Origin: an uncultured Muribaculaceae bacterium
GTDB taxonomy: Bacteria > Bacillota_I > Bacilli_A > RF39 > UBA660
NCBI GenBank assembly: GCA_964408085.1
Contig: CAYOYB010000006.1
Location: forward strand, 70,444-134,443
Direction: 5' to 3'
DNA: 64,000 bases
Positions within the stretch are counted from its first letter, which is position 1. Each line of letters begins with the position of its first letter. The notes under the pieces were generated by a model, which saw nothing but the letters and a program-made list of their open reading frames with translations, was not told the origin of the DNA and ran no database searches. A program made the translations under genes and the position numbers. Below, in pieces: positions 20,387 through 30,087 of this stretch.

Positions 20387-21469
20387 CTATTTCCTATCTA
20401 CCATTTCTTTTAAAATGTTATATATTTTCCCAGCACTATTTGGTATATATAATTCTTTTAAATTATTTTTCATTTCTTGTAATTTTTTAGAATCATTAAT
20501 CAATTCATCGATTTTTCTAACCAATATATCACCTTTTAAATCTTTTTCTTCTAATAAAATAGCTGCATTTCTATTTGTTAAATCTAAAGCATTTTTATAT
20601 TGATGATTATTAGCTACATAAGGACTTGGCACCAAAATTGATGGTATTCCTAAAGCAATAATCTCGCTTAAAGTTGAAGCTCCACATCTACTGACAATTA
20701 AATCAGCTCTTTTTAAAATTCTCGCTTGATTATCTACATAAGGCACAACTTTAACATTTTTAGGGAATTCATTATTTTTAACTAATTCAAAAGATGCTTT
20801 ACCAGTTACAAATAAAACTTCATAAGGTTTATTATTAAACATATATATTGATTTAACTAAAAATTCTGTCATTTTTTCACTACCTAGTGACCCCATAACA
20901 ATATATACTAATTTTTTATCTTCTGTTAAACCAAACTCTGATTTTTTAGCCTCTTCGCTATTTATTGCGCTTTCACTACATGGATTACCTGTAAAAACAG
21001 CTTTACAGCTTGGAAAAGCAGCTAATGTTGATTTAAATGATACACCTATTTTGGTACAACCCTTACTTAAAAATTTATTACATTTTCCTGGAAGACTATT
21101 TTGTTCATGAATAAATGTTTTATAGCCTAATTTTTGAGCAGCATAAACAACAGGACCTGTTACATAACCACCTACACCAATTACAATATCAGGATTAAAT
21201 TTTTTTATTATATCTTTACACTTTTTATAACTATTTAAAAAACTTTTAACAGTTTTAATATTTTTAAATGGATTTTTACCTTGAAAACCATATATTTCAA
21301 TACTTTTAAAAGGTATATTATTAGCTGGAACAATATCTTTTTCCATTCTGTTATGTGTACCAATATATAAAATTGAACTATCAGGTTCCATTTTTTTAAT
21401 ACGATTAATAATAGCTAAAGCAGGATAAATATGTCCCCCTGTTCCTCCAGCACTTACAATTACTTTCAT
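20387..21469 (-). CDS. murG: Undecaprenyldiphospho-muramoylpentapeptide beta-N-acetylglucosaminyltransferase
   Basis: MKVIVSAGGTGGHIYPALAI N-terminal G-loop, and a GT28 C-terminal domain (SRCGASTLSEIIALGIPSILVPSPYVANNHQ). Confidence 0.95.
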   Translation of the reverse strand: MKVIVSAGGTGGHIYPALAIINRIKKMEPDSSILYIGTHNRMEKDIVPANNIPFKSIEIYGFQGKNPFKNIKTVKSFLNSYKKCKDIIKKFNPDIVIGVGGYVTGPVVYAAQKLGYKTFIHEQNSLPGKCNKFLSKGCTKIGVSFKSTLAAFPSCKAVFTGNPCSESAINSEEAKKSEFGLTEDKKLVYIVMGSLGSEKMTEFLVKSIYMFNNKPYEVLFVTGKASFELVKNNEFPKNVKVVPYVDNQARILKRADLIVSRCGASTLSEIIALGIPSILVPSPYVANNHQYKNALDLTNRNAAILLEEKDLKGDILVRKIDELINDSKKLQEMKNNLKELYIPNSAGKIYNILKEMVDRK

Positions 21470-21533
21470 CTAATCACCTACTACTATAAGTATACCACAC
21501 ATCTTATTATTTTAGAATAAACAATGTAATTAT

Positions 21534-21561
21534 TTGACAAAAATTAAATTTATTATATAAT
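21534..21561 (+). promoter_or_regulatory. Near-consensus sigmaA promoter of 21593-22420
   Basis: TTGACA (21534-21539), a 16-nt spacer, TATAAT (21556-21561). The 38-bp block 21527-21564 is repeated at 22561-22598 with 3 mismatches. Confidence 0.65.
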
Positions 21562-21592
21562 AAAGAATATATTAAAAAGGAGGAAAAATAAA

Positions 21593-22420
21593 ATGTCTAA
21601 AACAGAAAATAATATAGAAAACGACTCAGCCTATGCAAAATCACTAAAACGCCTATTAAAATCATCTACAAGCTATCGTAGTGAATTAGGTGACACAATA
21701 AATAATGAAGAACAAGCTAGAGATAATTTTAATAAACTTCCAATTACGACTATAAAGCAAGAAATATTAATTATGATAATATTGCATATAATAAAAATTC
21801 CAATATTAATTTCAATAAAAGCATTCCTAGTACAAAATTTAGCAATACTTTCTACAATAATCGTAGCAGCTCCTATATTAAGTATACCTATTTCTTCAAT
21901 TCTACAAAGGAAATGTACTAAAAAAATTTCTATAATAACCCAACAATTTGATGCTATAAATACAATTTATGAATATTTAAGAAGTGAACTAAAAATTTCA
22001 AAAGAACATGATAACCTTTTATCAAATGATCAAATATTAGAAAAAGAACGAATTCATAATAATGATATAAATTACATTTTACAAAATAGTTATGTTCAAG
22101 ATATAAACAATAAATATTCAGAAGAATATCGCAAAAATAAAATTATAATTGATTCACTAAAAAATTTAGATGATAACCAAAAAAAAGAATACTTAGATAG
22201 AATATATCAACAAATGAGAAATGATTTTACTAAAACAACTATCGATATTAATGAATTAGCATTACCTAATGAAAGTAGTATCAGATTAGAATTACCTAGT
22301 ACAAATACAGACGATGACAAACTACCACTATTTCCTTCTGGCGATGTAGGTATATTTGAAAATATAACATATTTAGATGATAAAAATGATAAAAAGTTTC
22401 AAAAGAGATATCCAAATTAA
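21593..22420 (+). CDS. Hypothetical membrane protein (275 aa)
   Basis: AGGAGG RBS. A soluble N-terminus, a central TM hairpin (ILIMIILHIIKIPILISI...LAILSTIIVAAPILSIPI), and a long Asn/Asp/Lys-rich C-terminus. Architecture is shared with 22624-23229. Confidence 0.5.
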   Translation: MSKTENNIENDSAYAKSLKRLLKSSTSYRSELGDTINNEEQARDNFNKLPITTIKQEILIMIILHIIKIPILISIKAFLVQNLAILSTIIVAAPILSIPISSILQRKCTKKISIITQQFDAINTIYEYLRSELKISKEHDNLLSNDQILEKERIHNNDINYILQNSYVQDINNKYSEEYRKNKIIIDSLKNLDDNQKKEYLDRIYQQMRNDFTKTTIDINELALPNESSIRLELPSTNTDDDKLPLFPSGDVGIFENITYLDDKNDKKFQKRYPN

Positions 22421-22567
22421 GATTTAAATTATAAGAACTATTGAATTTTTAATTTTAAATAGTTCTTTTTCTAGGAAAAAATTGATAATATATCAACTTA
22501 TTTTCTAAGTTTTTAAAAATAAATTTAACTATTCTACTACTAAAAATATACTAAACATTATAATTAT

Positions 22568-22595
22568 TTGACAAAAATAAAATTTGTTGTATAAT
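22568..22595 (+). promoter_or_regulatory. Near-consensus sigmaA promoter of 22624-23229 (copy of the 21534 promoter)
   Basis: TTGACA (22568-22573), a 16-nt spacer, TATAAT (22590-22595). Confidence 0.65.
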
Positions 22596-22623
22596 AAACC
22601 ATGTTAAAAAGGGGGAAATATAA

Positions 22624-23229
22624 ATGAATAATGAGCAAAGGAAAAAAACACCATATTCAGAATCACTATCAGAACTAATAAAAATTAGTAACGATTTTTT
22701 AAAAACGAGCAATAAAAAAATCAAAATGATAAAAATTAGAAATATCATAATTATATGTACTACATTAGTTTTAACATTCACTGTATTAAAAACAATCATA
22801 CCATTATCGCTTATCACTAGTTGTTTAATTGATGGATTTGAAATCTATAAATCAAAAAAACAAGTTAATAATATTCAAAAACGAAAAAAAGCAATTGAAA
22901 AAATTAATGACTTTTTTAATTTAGAAGCAGAATTAATTAAAAATAATTGCGCAAGTAAAAGTATTATGGGAAATTTTTTCAAACGAATGGAATATTCAAA
23001 AGACCTATATACTTGCTTTCAAACAGAAGATTCTATGTTTTTAAAAGATATCACAAAAAAATATACTAAAAACATTGAAAGTGATTTAACTATACTTAAT
23101 AATGGAAATAAACAAACGAATGTTAAACCAATTTCCACAACTACAAATAATTCAGTAAATAATATAGTATATTTACCAAATAATAAGGAACCTATTAATG
23201 GATATTCATATGTCAAAAAAATTGGTTAA
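22624..23229 (+). CDS. Hypothetical membrane protein (201 aa)
   Basis: AGGGGGA RBS. The N-terminal motif YSESLSELIK parallels YAKSLKRLLK of the upstream gene. It also has a central TM hairpin. Confidence 0.5.
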   Translation: MNNEQRKKTPYSESLSELIKISNDFLKTSNKKIKMIKIRNIIIICTTLVLTFTVLKTIIPLSLITSCLIDGFEIYKSKKQVNNIQKRKKAIEKINDFFNLEAELIKNNCASKSIMGNFFKRMEYSKDLYTCFQTEDSMFLKDITKKYTKNIESDLTILNNGNKQTNVKPISTTTNNSVNNIVYLPNNKEPINGYSYVKKIG

Positions 23230-23273
23230 AATAAAAAGAATCATTAGATTATAAAATCTCTAACGATTCTTTT

Positions 23274-24119
23274 TTATTTATCGCCTAATTTATAAGCAAT
23301 ACCAAATCCTAAAATAAATAAAATAATACCAATTATTAAAGAAGGAATAGAAAATACAAAACTAGAATTAATAATCAGATTTTGATAAATAATTGCGATT
23401 ATTGACGCAAATATAAATCCTAACACCCCATAATAAGTTTTAACTTCATAATTTTTAAATAAAAACTCTAATAACTTAGCTATTAATAAAATACCGATTA
23501 TTACCCCTATTCCAAATGGAATTAAAATCATTAAATTATTAGTTAAATTTGAAAAATCAGTAATATCTTTAATAACATCTAAAATTGGTTTATAATAACC
23601 AATTGTCATTAAAACCGCTGAACCACTAACACCAGGTATAACCATAGTTGCAGAAGCTACAATTCCAACAACAAAAAGCAATAAATAATCAACAATACTC
23701 ATATTTTCAAAACTAACGACATTTTCACCATTTAGAAATAATAATAAAATTATAAGACTAAATGTTATAAGAAAAATAATTATATTAGAAATTTTTAATC
23801 TATTACCACTTACCTTATTTACAAGCATTGGAATACCACCTAATATAGCTCCTATAAAAAATAAAATTGTTGGCAAAACGTAATTTTCCAATGAAAAACT
23901 AATTGCGTGACTTAATGTTATGATTGAAAGTACCGCTCCTATAACAATAGGAATTAAAAATTTAATATTTTCCTTTAAATTCTTAAAAATATGACTAATA
24001 CAACCAATTAACTGTTCATAAATTCCTAAAGTAATTGCTAATGTACCACCACTAACACCTGGTATTATATTTGCGAGTCCAATAAAAAATCCTTTAATAA
24101 CCAAAATTATACTCTTCAT
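23274..24119 (-). CDS. DUF368-family membrane protein (PopT-type candidate undecaprenyl-phosphate translocase)
   Basis: Two internal halves each carry IPGVSG(G/S) (ANIIPGVSGGTLAITLGIY; TMVIPGVSGSAVLMTIGYY), the hallmark of DUF368. Confidence 0.7.
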   Translation of the reverse strand: MKSIILVIKGFFIGLANIIPGVSGGTLAITLGIYEQLIGCISHIFKNLKENIKFLIPIVIGAVLSIITLSHAISFSLENYVLPTILFFIGAILGGIPMLVNKVSGNRLKISNIIIFLITFSLIILLLFLNGENVVSFENMSIVDYLLLFVVGIVASATMVIPGVSGSAVLMTIGYYKPILDVIKDITDFSNLTNNLMILIPFGIGVIIGILLIAKLLEFLFKNYEVKTYYGVLGFIFASIIAIIYQNLIINSSFVFSIPSLIIGIILFILGFGIAYKLGDK

Positions 24120-24279
24120 AAAAAACCTCTTTCTAACCTAATACAAATTATAACAAAATATAATACTAATGTAAATATTAACATAAATTACTAAAACTGG
24201 ATATAAAAATGTTATTTATGGCTAGCAAAATAGATTGGCAATATATTTGTAATCCATAATTAGAATAAATATAATAATT

Positions 24280-24510
24280 CTAAAGCTTAATTGTGACTAA
24301 AATTACATCTTCACCTATTTTTTCAATTTGTTCCCATTTAATAGTTAGCTCATTCTTATTAGAAAACATTGATACAAAAAATTTAGATTTTTCAACAATT
24401 AAACCAGTCATTTTTCCACTGCTTTCAATTTCTATATCAATAATATTTCCAACTTTTTTTCCATCAATCATATTAATAACATCTTTATTTTGCAATTCTG
24501 ATAAGCGCAT
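24280..24510 (-). CDS. YlmC/YmxH-family PRC-barrel sporulation protein
   Basis: The start MRLSELQNKDVINMIDGKKVGNIIDIEI... is the ATG at 24508-24510, with a GGTGG RBS. 76 aa, the typical YlmC/YmxH pattern. Confidence 0.8.
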   Translation of the reverse strand: MRLSELQNKDVINMIDGKKVGNIIDIEIESSGKMTGLIVEKSKFFVSMFSNKNELTIKWEQIEKIGEDVILVTIKL

Positions 24511-24570
24511 AATACCACCTAAATTATTATATTTTATAATATCAATCAATATGAAAAAAGAAATCAAATT

Positions 24571-25536
24571 CTATTTTGATTTCTTTTTTTTATCTTCTAA
24601 ATAATCTTCGATGATATATCTTGGTCTAGCTTTAGTTTCTAAATAAATTTTTCCAATATATTCCCCTATTATTCCTATAGATAAAAGTTGTAAACCACCA
24701 ATTGCCCAAACTGAAGTCATAACTGATGACCAACCAATAATTGTTTGACCTGAAAAATGTCTAACTAAAGTATATATAAGCATAATAAGACTAATAAGAA
24801 AAATTATAAAACCTAATAATACTATAAATCTAATTGGTTTTATCGTAAAGGATGTAATTCCATCCAGAGCAAAACTAATCATCTTTTTTAAAGAATACTT
24901 TGTTTTACCAGCAAACCTATTTTGTCTATCATAATAGACAATTGAATATTTATAGCCAATTAATGGTACAATACCTCTTAAAAATAAATTAACTTCTTTA
25001 AATTTTTCAAGTTCTAAAATAGCTCTTTTACTCATAAGTCGATAATCAGCATGATTATAAATAATTTCTATACCTAATAAACGCATTAATTTATATAACA
25101 TAAGAGCACTATTACGTTTAAAAAAAGTATCTTTTTTTCTAGAACTTCTAACTCCATAAACAATATCATTACCTTTTTTATATTCTTCTATAAATTTATC
25201 TATAACATTAATATCATCTTGCAAATCACAATCCATAGTTATAACAAAATCAGCATCATTTTTAACTGTCATTAAACCTGCTAATAAAGCATTCTGGTGT
25301 CCTCTATTTCGTGATAAATTAATACCTGTAAACAATTTATCGTTTTTATGAAAATCTAAAATTAAATTCCATGTATTATCTATAGAACCATCATTTACAA
25401 ATACTACTTTAGAGTGTGTTGAAATAATTCTTTTTTTGATTAAATCAGACATTTTTGCCTTTAATCTATTTTTAGTTTCAACTAATACTTCTTCTTCATT
25501 ATAACAAGGAATAACTAAATACAATTTTTCCATCAT
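24571..25536 (-). CDS. GT2 polyprenyl-phosphate glycosyltransferase (GtrB/CsbB-like)
   Basis: LVIPCYNEEEVL, VFVNDGSIDNT and the DCDLQD (DxD) motif, plus two C-terminal TM helices. This matches the GtrB/CsbB architecture. Confidence 0.8.
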   Translation of the reverse strand: MMEKLYLVIPCYNEEEVLVETKNRLKAKMSDLIKKRIISTHSKVVFVNDGSIDNTWNLILDFHKNDKLFTGINLSRNRGHQNALLAGLMTVKNDADFVITMDCDLQDDINVIDKFIEEYKKGNDIVYGVRSSRKKDTFFKRNSALMLYKLMRLLGIEIIYNHADYRLMSKRAILELEKFKEVNLFLRGIVPLIGYKYSIVYYDRQNRFAGKTKYSLKKMISFALDGITSFTIKPIRFIVLLGFIIFLISLIMLIYTLVRHFSGQTIIGWSSVMTSVWAIGGLQLLSIGIIGEYIGKIYLETKARPRYIIEDYLEDKKKKSK

Positions 25537-25591
25537 AATCGCCCACTAACTCTACATAGATTATAACATTTAAAGACTAAAAAGTAAATTT

Positions 25592-26368
25592 TTAAGAAAT
25601 CATTCTTTTTAAATTACTTAGACCACTTTTTTCTAAACGCGATATTTGGGCTTGTGATATTCCTAATTCATCAGATAACTCCATTTGTGTTTTACCAATA
25701 ATATATCTTTGCGTTAAAATATATTTTTCTTTATCTTTCAAACTTTTAATAGCTGAATTTAAAGATATTTTAATATCTTTATCATAGTATTCATCAGTTT
25801 TATCTGATAACTGATCAGCTAAATAAATCGTATCACCACCATCATTATAAATAGGTTCAAACATACTTATTGTATCTTTCATAGAATCAAGAGCATTACT
25901 AACATCAAAAAGAGGTAAATTAAGTCTTTTGGCAATCAAATCTACTGTTGGTTCTCGACCTAATTCATTTGTTAATTGTTCTTTTTCTTTTAAGGCTTTA
26001 TAAGCTATATCTTTAATACTACGCGCAATTCTAACACTATTATTATCACGTAAATAACGTTTTACTTCACCTAAAATCATTGGTACTGCATAGGTTGAAA
26101 ATTTTACTTCATGGGATAAATCAAAATTATCAATTGCTTTAATTAAACCCACACAACCAACTTGAAATAAATCATCCATATTATCAGTTCGATTATTATA
26201 CTTTTTTAGAATTGATAATACTAATTTTAAATTACCATTAATTAATTCTTCTTTAGCTAATAAATCACCATTCTGATATTTTTTAAATAATTCAACCATT
26301 TCTTGATTACTTAAAACTTTAATATTTGCAGTATTCACGCCACATATTTCTACTTTATGACGTGCCAT
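25592..26368 (-). CDS. sigG: Sporulation sigma factor SigG
   Basis: MARHKVEICGVNTANIKVL..., DDLFQVGCVGLIKAIDNFDLSHEVKFSTYAVPMILGEVKRYLRDN and GISQAQISRLEK are near-collinear with B. subtilis SigG. Confidence 0.9.
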   Translation of the reverse strand: MARHKVEICGVNTANIKVLSNQEMVELFKKYQNGDLLAKEELINGNLKLVLSILKKYNNRTDNMDDLFQVGCVGLIKAIDNFDLSHEVKFSTYAVPMILGEVKRYLRDNNSVRIARSIKDIAYKALKEKEQLTNELGREPTVDLIAKRLNLPLFDVSNALDSMKDTISMFEPIYNDGGDTIYLADQLSDKTDEYYDKDIKISLNSAIKSLKDKEKYILTQRYIIGKTQMELSDELGISQAQISRLEKSGLSNLKRMIS

Positions 26369-26459
26369 AAATTTCTCCTTTCAAATTTATGTTGACTAGA
26401 TATACAGATTTTTAAACAAAAAAACTAAGAATTTTTCTTAGTTTTAACTATATTTAAAT

Positions 26460-27524
26460 TTATTTTTGATTAACACATTCTTTTTTACTCATTACCCAGT
26501 CATTTGAACCATTTAATATAACTGCATTACAATAAGGACATCTTGGATTATTCTCATCAATAACTTTTGCGCCACAATTTGGACAATAATCTTTACCCTT
26601 ACTTAATGATTTTTCAAAAGTAATTTCGTAACTGATATCAATTGGTCTATTCTTACTACCTCTTACAACATTACCAATATTATCAACTATATAATCATAC
26701 ATAGCTACATTTAAAAATAATTTTACAGTAAGCACATCATTTTCTTGTCTAATATCAAATAATTTTGAATTAATATATTTGAAATCCTTCATAATATTTC
26801 GTTGACCTTTGGCTCTTAAAGTTTCAAGCTGTCCTAAATACATATTATATAATTCATCAGTTAATAATAATCTTAAACTATGTTCATCAAAATTCATCCA
26901 TGCATTTTGAATAGCAAGATAATTTTCGAATAATTTTTGTTTTAAATCTTCTTTATCATTAATACCATATTTTGATAGAATATCATCGTTAAGATCATTA
27001 TAATTTAATTTTAAATTCTTAACACTACTATTTTTAGTATTTGATTTAAATAAAACTGAAAAAATTGGTACAATCATAAAAGCACAAAGAAATAATAAAA
27101 CAAAATCTATAAGACTGTACATAGGACCAACTAATATATCAGCAATTACTAAAATTAATGCTCTAATTCCAAACAATATTAAAGCAATTATCATTGACTT
27201 TTTAGAGTCACCATGTCCAAATACTCTACCTATTGGTTGAAAAGCAAACACAAAATAATGAATTGAACAAAATAACTCCATAAAAATGGCTACACCCATT
27301 GGAAAACTAGTACTTGAATAAGTTCCACCACTACTACTAGAACTATACGAACTATCAAAGCTAGATGAGCTTGAATAATTTGATGAACTGTCCCAGCTAG
27401 ACCCACTATCATAACTACTATCAAAACCAGAATCAGCTTTAATAAATTGAATATTTTGAGAAAATAATAATAGTGTAAATAAACATATTAATGGTATAAA
27501 TATAATTTTCTTATTACGCAGCAT
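26460..27524 (-). CDS. Membrane protein with an extracellular Ser-rich tract, a Tim44-like domain and a C-terminal zinc ribbon
   Basis: Signal/TM N-terminus, then low complexity (DSGFDSSYDSGSSWDSSSNYSSSSSFDSSYSSSSSGG) and 3-4 TM helices. A Tim44-like region follows (NYLAIQNAWMNFDEHSLRLLLTDELYNMYLGQLETLRAKG), then CPNCGAKV...CPYCNA. Confidence 0.6.
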   Translation of the reverse strand: MLRNKKIIFIPLICLFTLLLFSQNIQFIKADSGFDSSYDSGSSWDSSSNYSSSSSFDSSYSSSSSGGTYSSTSFPMGVAIFMELFCSIHYFVFAFQPIGRVFGHGDSKKSMIIALILFGIRALILVIADILVGPMYSLIDFVLLFLCAFMIVPIFSVLFKSNTKNSSVKNLKLNYNDLNDDILSKYGINDKEDLKQKLFENYLAIQNAWMNFDEHSLRLLLTDELYNMYLGQLETLRAKGQRNIMKDFKYINSKLFDIRQENDVLTVKLFLNVAMYDYIVDNIGNVVRGSKNRPIDISYEITFEKSLSKGKDYCPNCGAKVIDENNPRCPYCNAVILNGSNDWVMSKKECVNQK

Positions 27525-27726
27525 CTTTATTTTTACCTTTCTTAGTACTTTTTTCTGTTACATAAGAAATACCAGTACCTGGGATACCAACAGAAGTTCT
27601 AATATTTCCTTTTGCTGTTCTACCAACACGTGCTCCCTTTGTACCTACACTAAAACCTATACCACTTTTACTAAAATTAATATTTAGTGGTCCTAACTTA
27701 ATTGTCTTATGAAATCTTAAACCCAT
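27514..27726 (-). CDS. DUF4236 domain protein (70 aa)
   Basis: MGLRFHKTIKLGPLNINFSKSGIGFSVGTKGARVGRTAKG matches the DUF4236 pattern. It overlaps the downstream gene by 11 nt. Confidence 0.65.
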   Translation of the reverse strand: MGLRFHKTIKLGPLNINFSKSGIGFSVGTKGARVGRTAKGNIRTSVGIPGTGISYVTEKSTKKGKNKDAA

Positions 27727-27755
27727 ATAATTTTAACTCCTTAATTCTTATTTTT

Positions 27756-29309
27756 TTATAATAATGGCGCAATTGTAACTAATATTGCCTCAAATATTTT
27801 TTTAAATATTGAACGTTTCTTCCAAGTTTCATATTTAATTTGAATAGATTTATCTAAAGTATCTAAAAAATCGTCAGCCATTTTCTTTTCAGTACCTGTA
27901 TTATATAACCAAACACCACATTCATAATGTAGATATAAACTTCTAAAATCAAAATTAATTGTACCAATTAAAGCAACTTCTCCATCTACAATACAAGTCT
28001 TACCATGAATAAAACCTATCTCATATTCATAAATTTTAACACCAGCACTCAACAACTTATCATAAAATGACCTTGATAATGTAAACACAATTTTTTTATC
28101 TGGAATATGTGGAATAATTATTCTAACATCAATTCCACTATAAGCTGCATTAGTTAAAGCTGTCAATAATTCATTATCTAATATTAAATATGGCGTTGTG
28201 ATATAAATACTTTTTTTAGCATTATTAATCATATTAATATAAGTATTTTCAGCAGGATTATCATGATTATTTGGACCATCACTAAATGGCAAAATAAAGC
28301 CATTATCATCATTTGGATAATCAGGTTCTTCTAAAATAAAATCATCATAATTTAAAAAATTATCCTTATTACCAATATTCCACATTCTTAAAAACATAAT
28401 TGCAAAATTAGTAACAGCTTTGCCAGTAACACGAACGCCAAAATCTTTCCAATGACCCAAACTTTTTGTTTTATTAATATATTCGTCACCTATATTAATA
28501 CCACCTGTATAAGCTATTTTACCATCAATAACTGTAATTTTTCTGTGATCTCGATAATTCATATGTATGGAAAGAAAAGGTATAATCGGATTAAATGTTT
28601 TGGTCGTAATATTATCTAAATTAAAATGTTCTTTAAAACCTTCTGGTAAACGCAAATTACTTCCAATTTGATCTGTTAAAATATATATTTTTACTCCATG
28701 TTCACTTCTATCTTTTAAAACTTCATAAAGCCTATCCCACATACTACTTTTAGCAATAATAAAGTATTCTAGAAAAATATATTTCTCAGCTTTTTTTAAA
28801 TCAGTTAACATTTTTTCAAAATAAGCTTCACCAATATTTAAATACTCAATCTTATTACTACGATAAATTGGAAATTCAGATATATTTGTTAAAAAACAAG
28901 CTTGCTTATATTTATGAATATCCATCTCTTTTAAAATCATGTAATCTTCTTTTTTAAAATTTAAAAACTTTTGTGATAACTTCCTATTTTTATCAATATT
29001 CTTTTTTAATCTTTTTGGTACACCAACATTTCCTAAAAGTAAAAATAACAAAACCCCTAAAACAGGAAAAATTGTAATTAAGACAATCCATGTAATTTTA
29101 TAAGAAGGATTAATTGGTTTAGCCACAATATAAATAACTGAACATATTTTAATTACATCAAAAATAATCTCTGAATATAAATTTAAATTATTAGTTCCCT
29201 TATATAACAAAATCAAAACAACTATTTGTAACGCTAAAACAATAAAAAATAAAGCACTATTAATAATTGTTTGAATTATATTTTGTTCACCCTTATGTTT
29301 ATCCATCAT
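27756..29309 (-). CDS. cls: Cardiolipin synthase
   Basis: Two N-terminal TM helices and two HKD motifs (HRKITVIDGKIAYTGGINIGDEY; HGKTCIVDGEVALIGTINFDFRS). Confidence 0.92.
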   Translation of the reverse strand: MMDKHKGEQNIIQTIINSALFFIVLALQIVVLILLYKGTNNLNLYSEIIFDVIKICSVIYIVAKPINPSYKITWIVLITIFPVLGVLLFLLLGNVGVPKRLKKNIDKNRKLSQKFLNFKKEDYMILKEMDIHKYKQACFLTNISEFPIYRSNKIEYLNIGEAYFEKMLTDLKKAEKYIFLEYFIIAKSSMWDRLYEVLKDRSEHGVKIYILTDQIGSNLRLPEGFKEHFNLDNITTKTFNPIIPFLSIHMNYRDHRKITVIDGKIAYTGGINIGDEYINKTKSLGHWKDFGVRVTGKAVTNFAIMFLRMWNIGNKDNFLNYDDFILEEPDYPNDDNGFILPFSDGPNNHDNPAENTYINMINNAKKSIYITTPYLILDNELLTALTNAAYSGIDVRIIIPHIPDKKIVFTLSRSFYDKLLSAGVKIYEYEIGFIHGKTCIVDGEVALIGTINFDFRSLYLHYECGVWLYNTGTEKKMADDFLDTLDKSIQIKYETWKKRSIFKKIFEAILVTIAPLL

Positions 29310-29400
29310 ATCACCTTCATACTATAAACATTTTAACATTATTTTTTAAATTTTTTAATACTTTTTGTTTATTTTTAATAGAAATATTGAAATTTAAAAG

Positions 29401-29429
29401 AAAAAATAGGAATTTAATCCTATTTTTTT
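29401..29429 (-). terminator. Terminator of the pentapeptide-repeat gene
   Basis: Minus strand reads ATAGGA-TTAAAT-TCCTAT followed by TTTTTT. The stem includes the TAG stop. Confidence 0.65.
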
Positions 29430-29950
29430 ACCATTTGAAAGGCTCTATCAATTGCGTCACTAACTTCTCCATAACCATCAACAACCTGGATATCTGTTAA
29501 ATTATTGGTTTCTTTTAATTGGGAATATTGATTTTTAGACATAATTCCTCCAATACTACCTGTAAAATCAGTATTTGAACAATCACAGTTATTTAATGAA
29601 CCGTTAATTTTGACACCATTTAATTTACAATCTATTATTTTTTGTTTATACAATGTTTCCGGATTTAGTACAACACCATGAAAATCCGTAAAATCAATGT
29701 TTTCTGCTTTAAAGTTATCAAAAGAAATTCCCGTAAAATCTATTTTTTTCATAAGCTCTATATCAAAAGCAAATTCATAATAGTGATCAACATAATCTGG
29801 AAAACAATCATGATTAAAACAACTTTTGAAAAATATTTCACGAATTTCATTTAAATCATATGTTATTTTAATTTTTTCTTCTCCATTATAATTTTTCAAT
29901 AATTCTTCTAATTTAGTGCGTAATTTAAGTATATTACCTATATCTAACAT
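29420..29950 (-). CDS. Pentapeptide-repeat-like protein
   Basis: The start MLDIGNILKL is the ATG at 29948-29950, with an AAGAGGTG RBS. The C-terminal half has runs such as FTGISFDNFKAENIDFTDFHGVVL and CKLNGVKINGSLNNCDCSNTDFTGS. Confidence 0.5.
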   Translation of the reverse strand: MLDIGNILKLRTKLEELLKNYNGEEKIKITYDLNEIREIFFKSCFNHDCFPDYVDHYYEFAFDIELMKKIDFTGISFDNFKAENIDFTDFHGVVLNPETLYKQKIIDCKLNGVKINGSLNNCDCSNTDFTGSIGGIMSKNQYSQLKETNNLTDIQVVDGYGEVSDAIDRAFQMVKK

Positions 29951-30087
29951 ACAAACACCTCTTTCATTTCCAACTATTTTAACATTATAGTTTTTAAAAG
30001 TAAACACTTTTTGTCTTTTATTGTCTACTGATAAACTACATAGAAAAATAGATAATGGATAAAATAAATTATAAGGAGTGTATTTTA

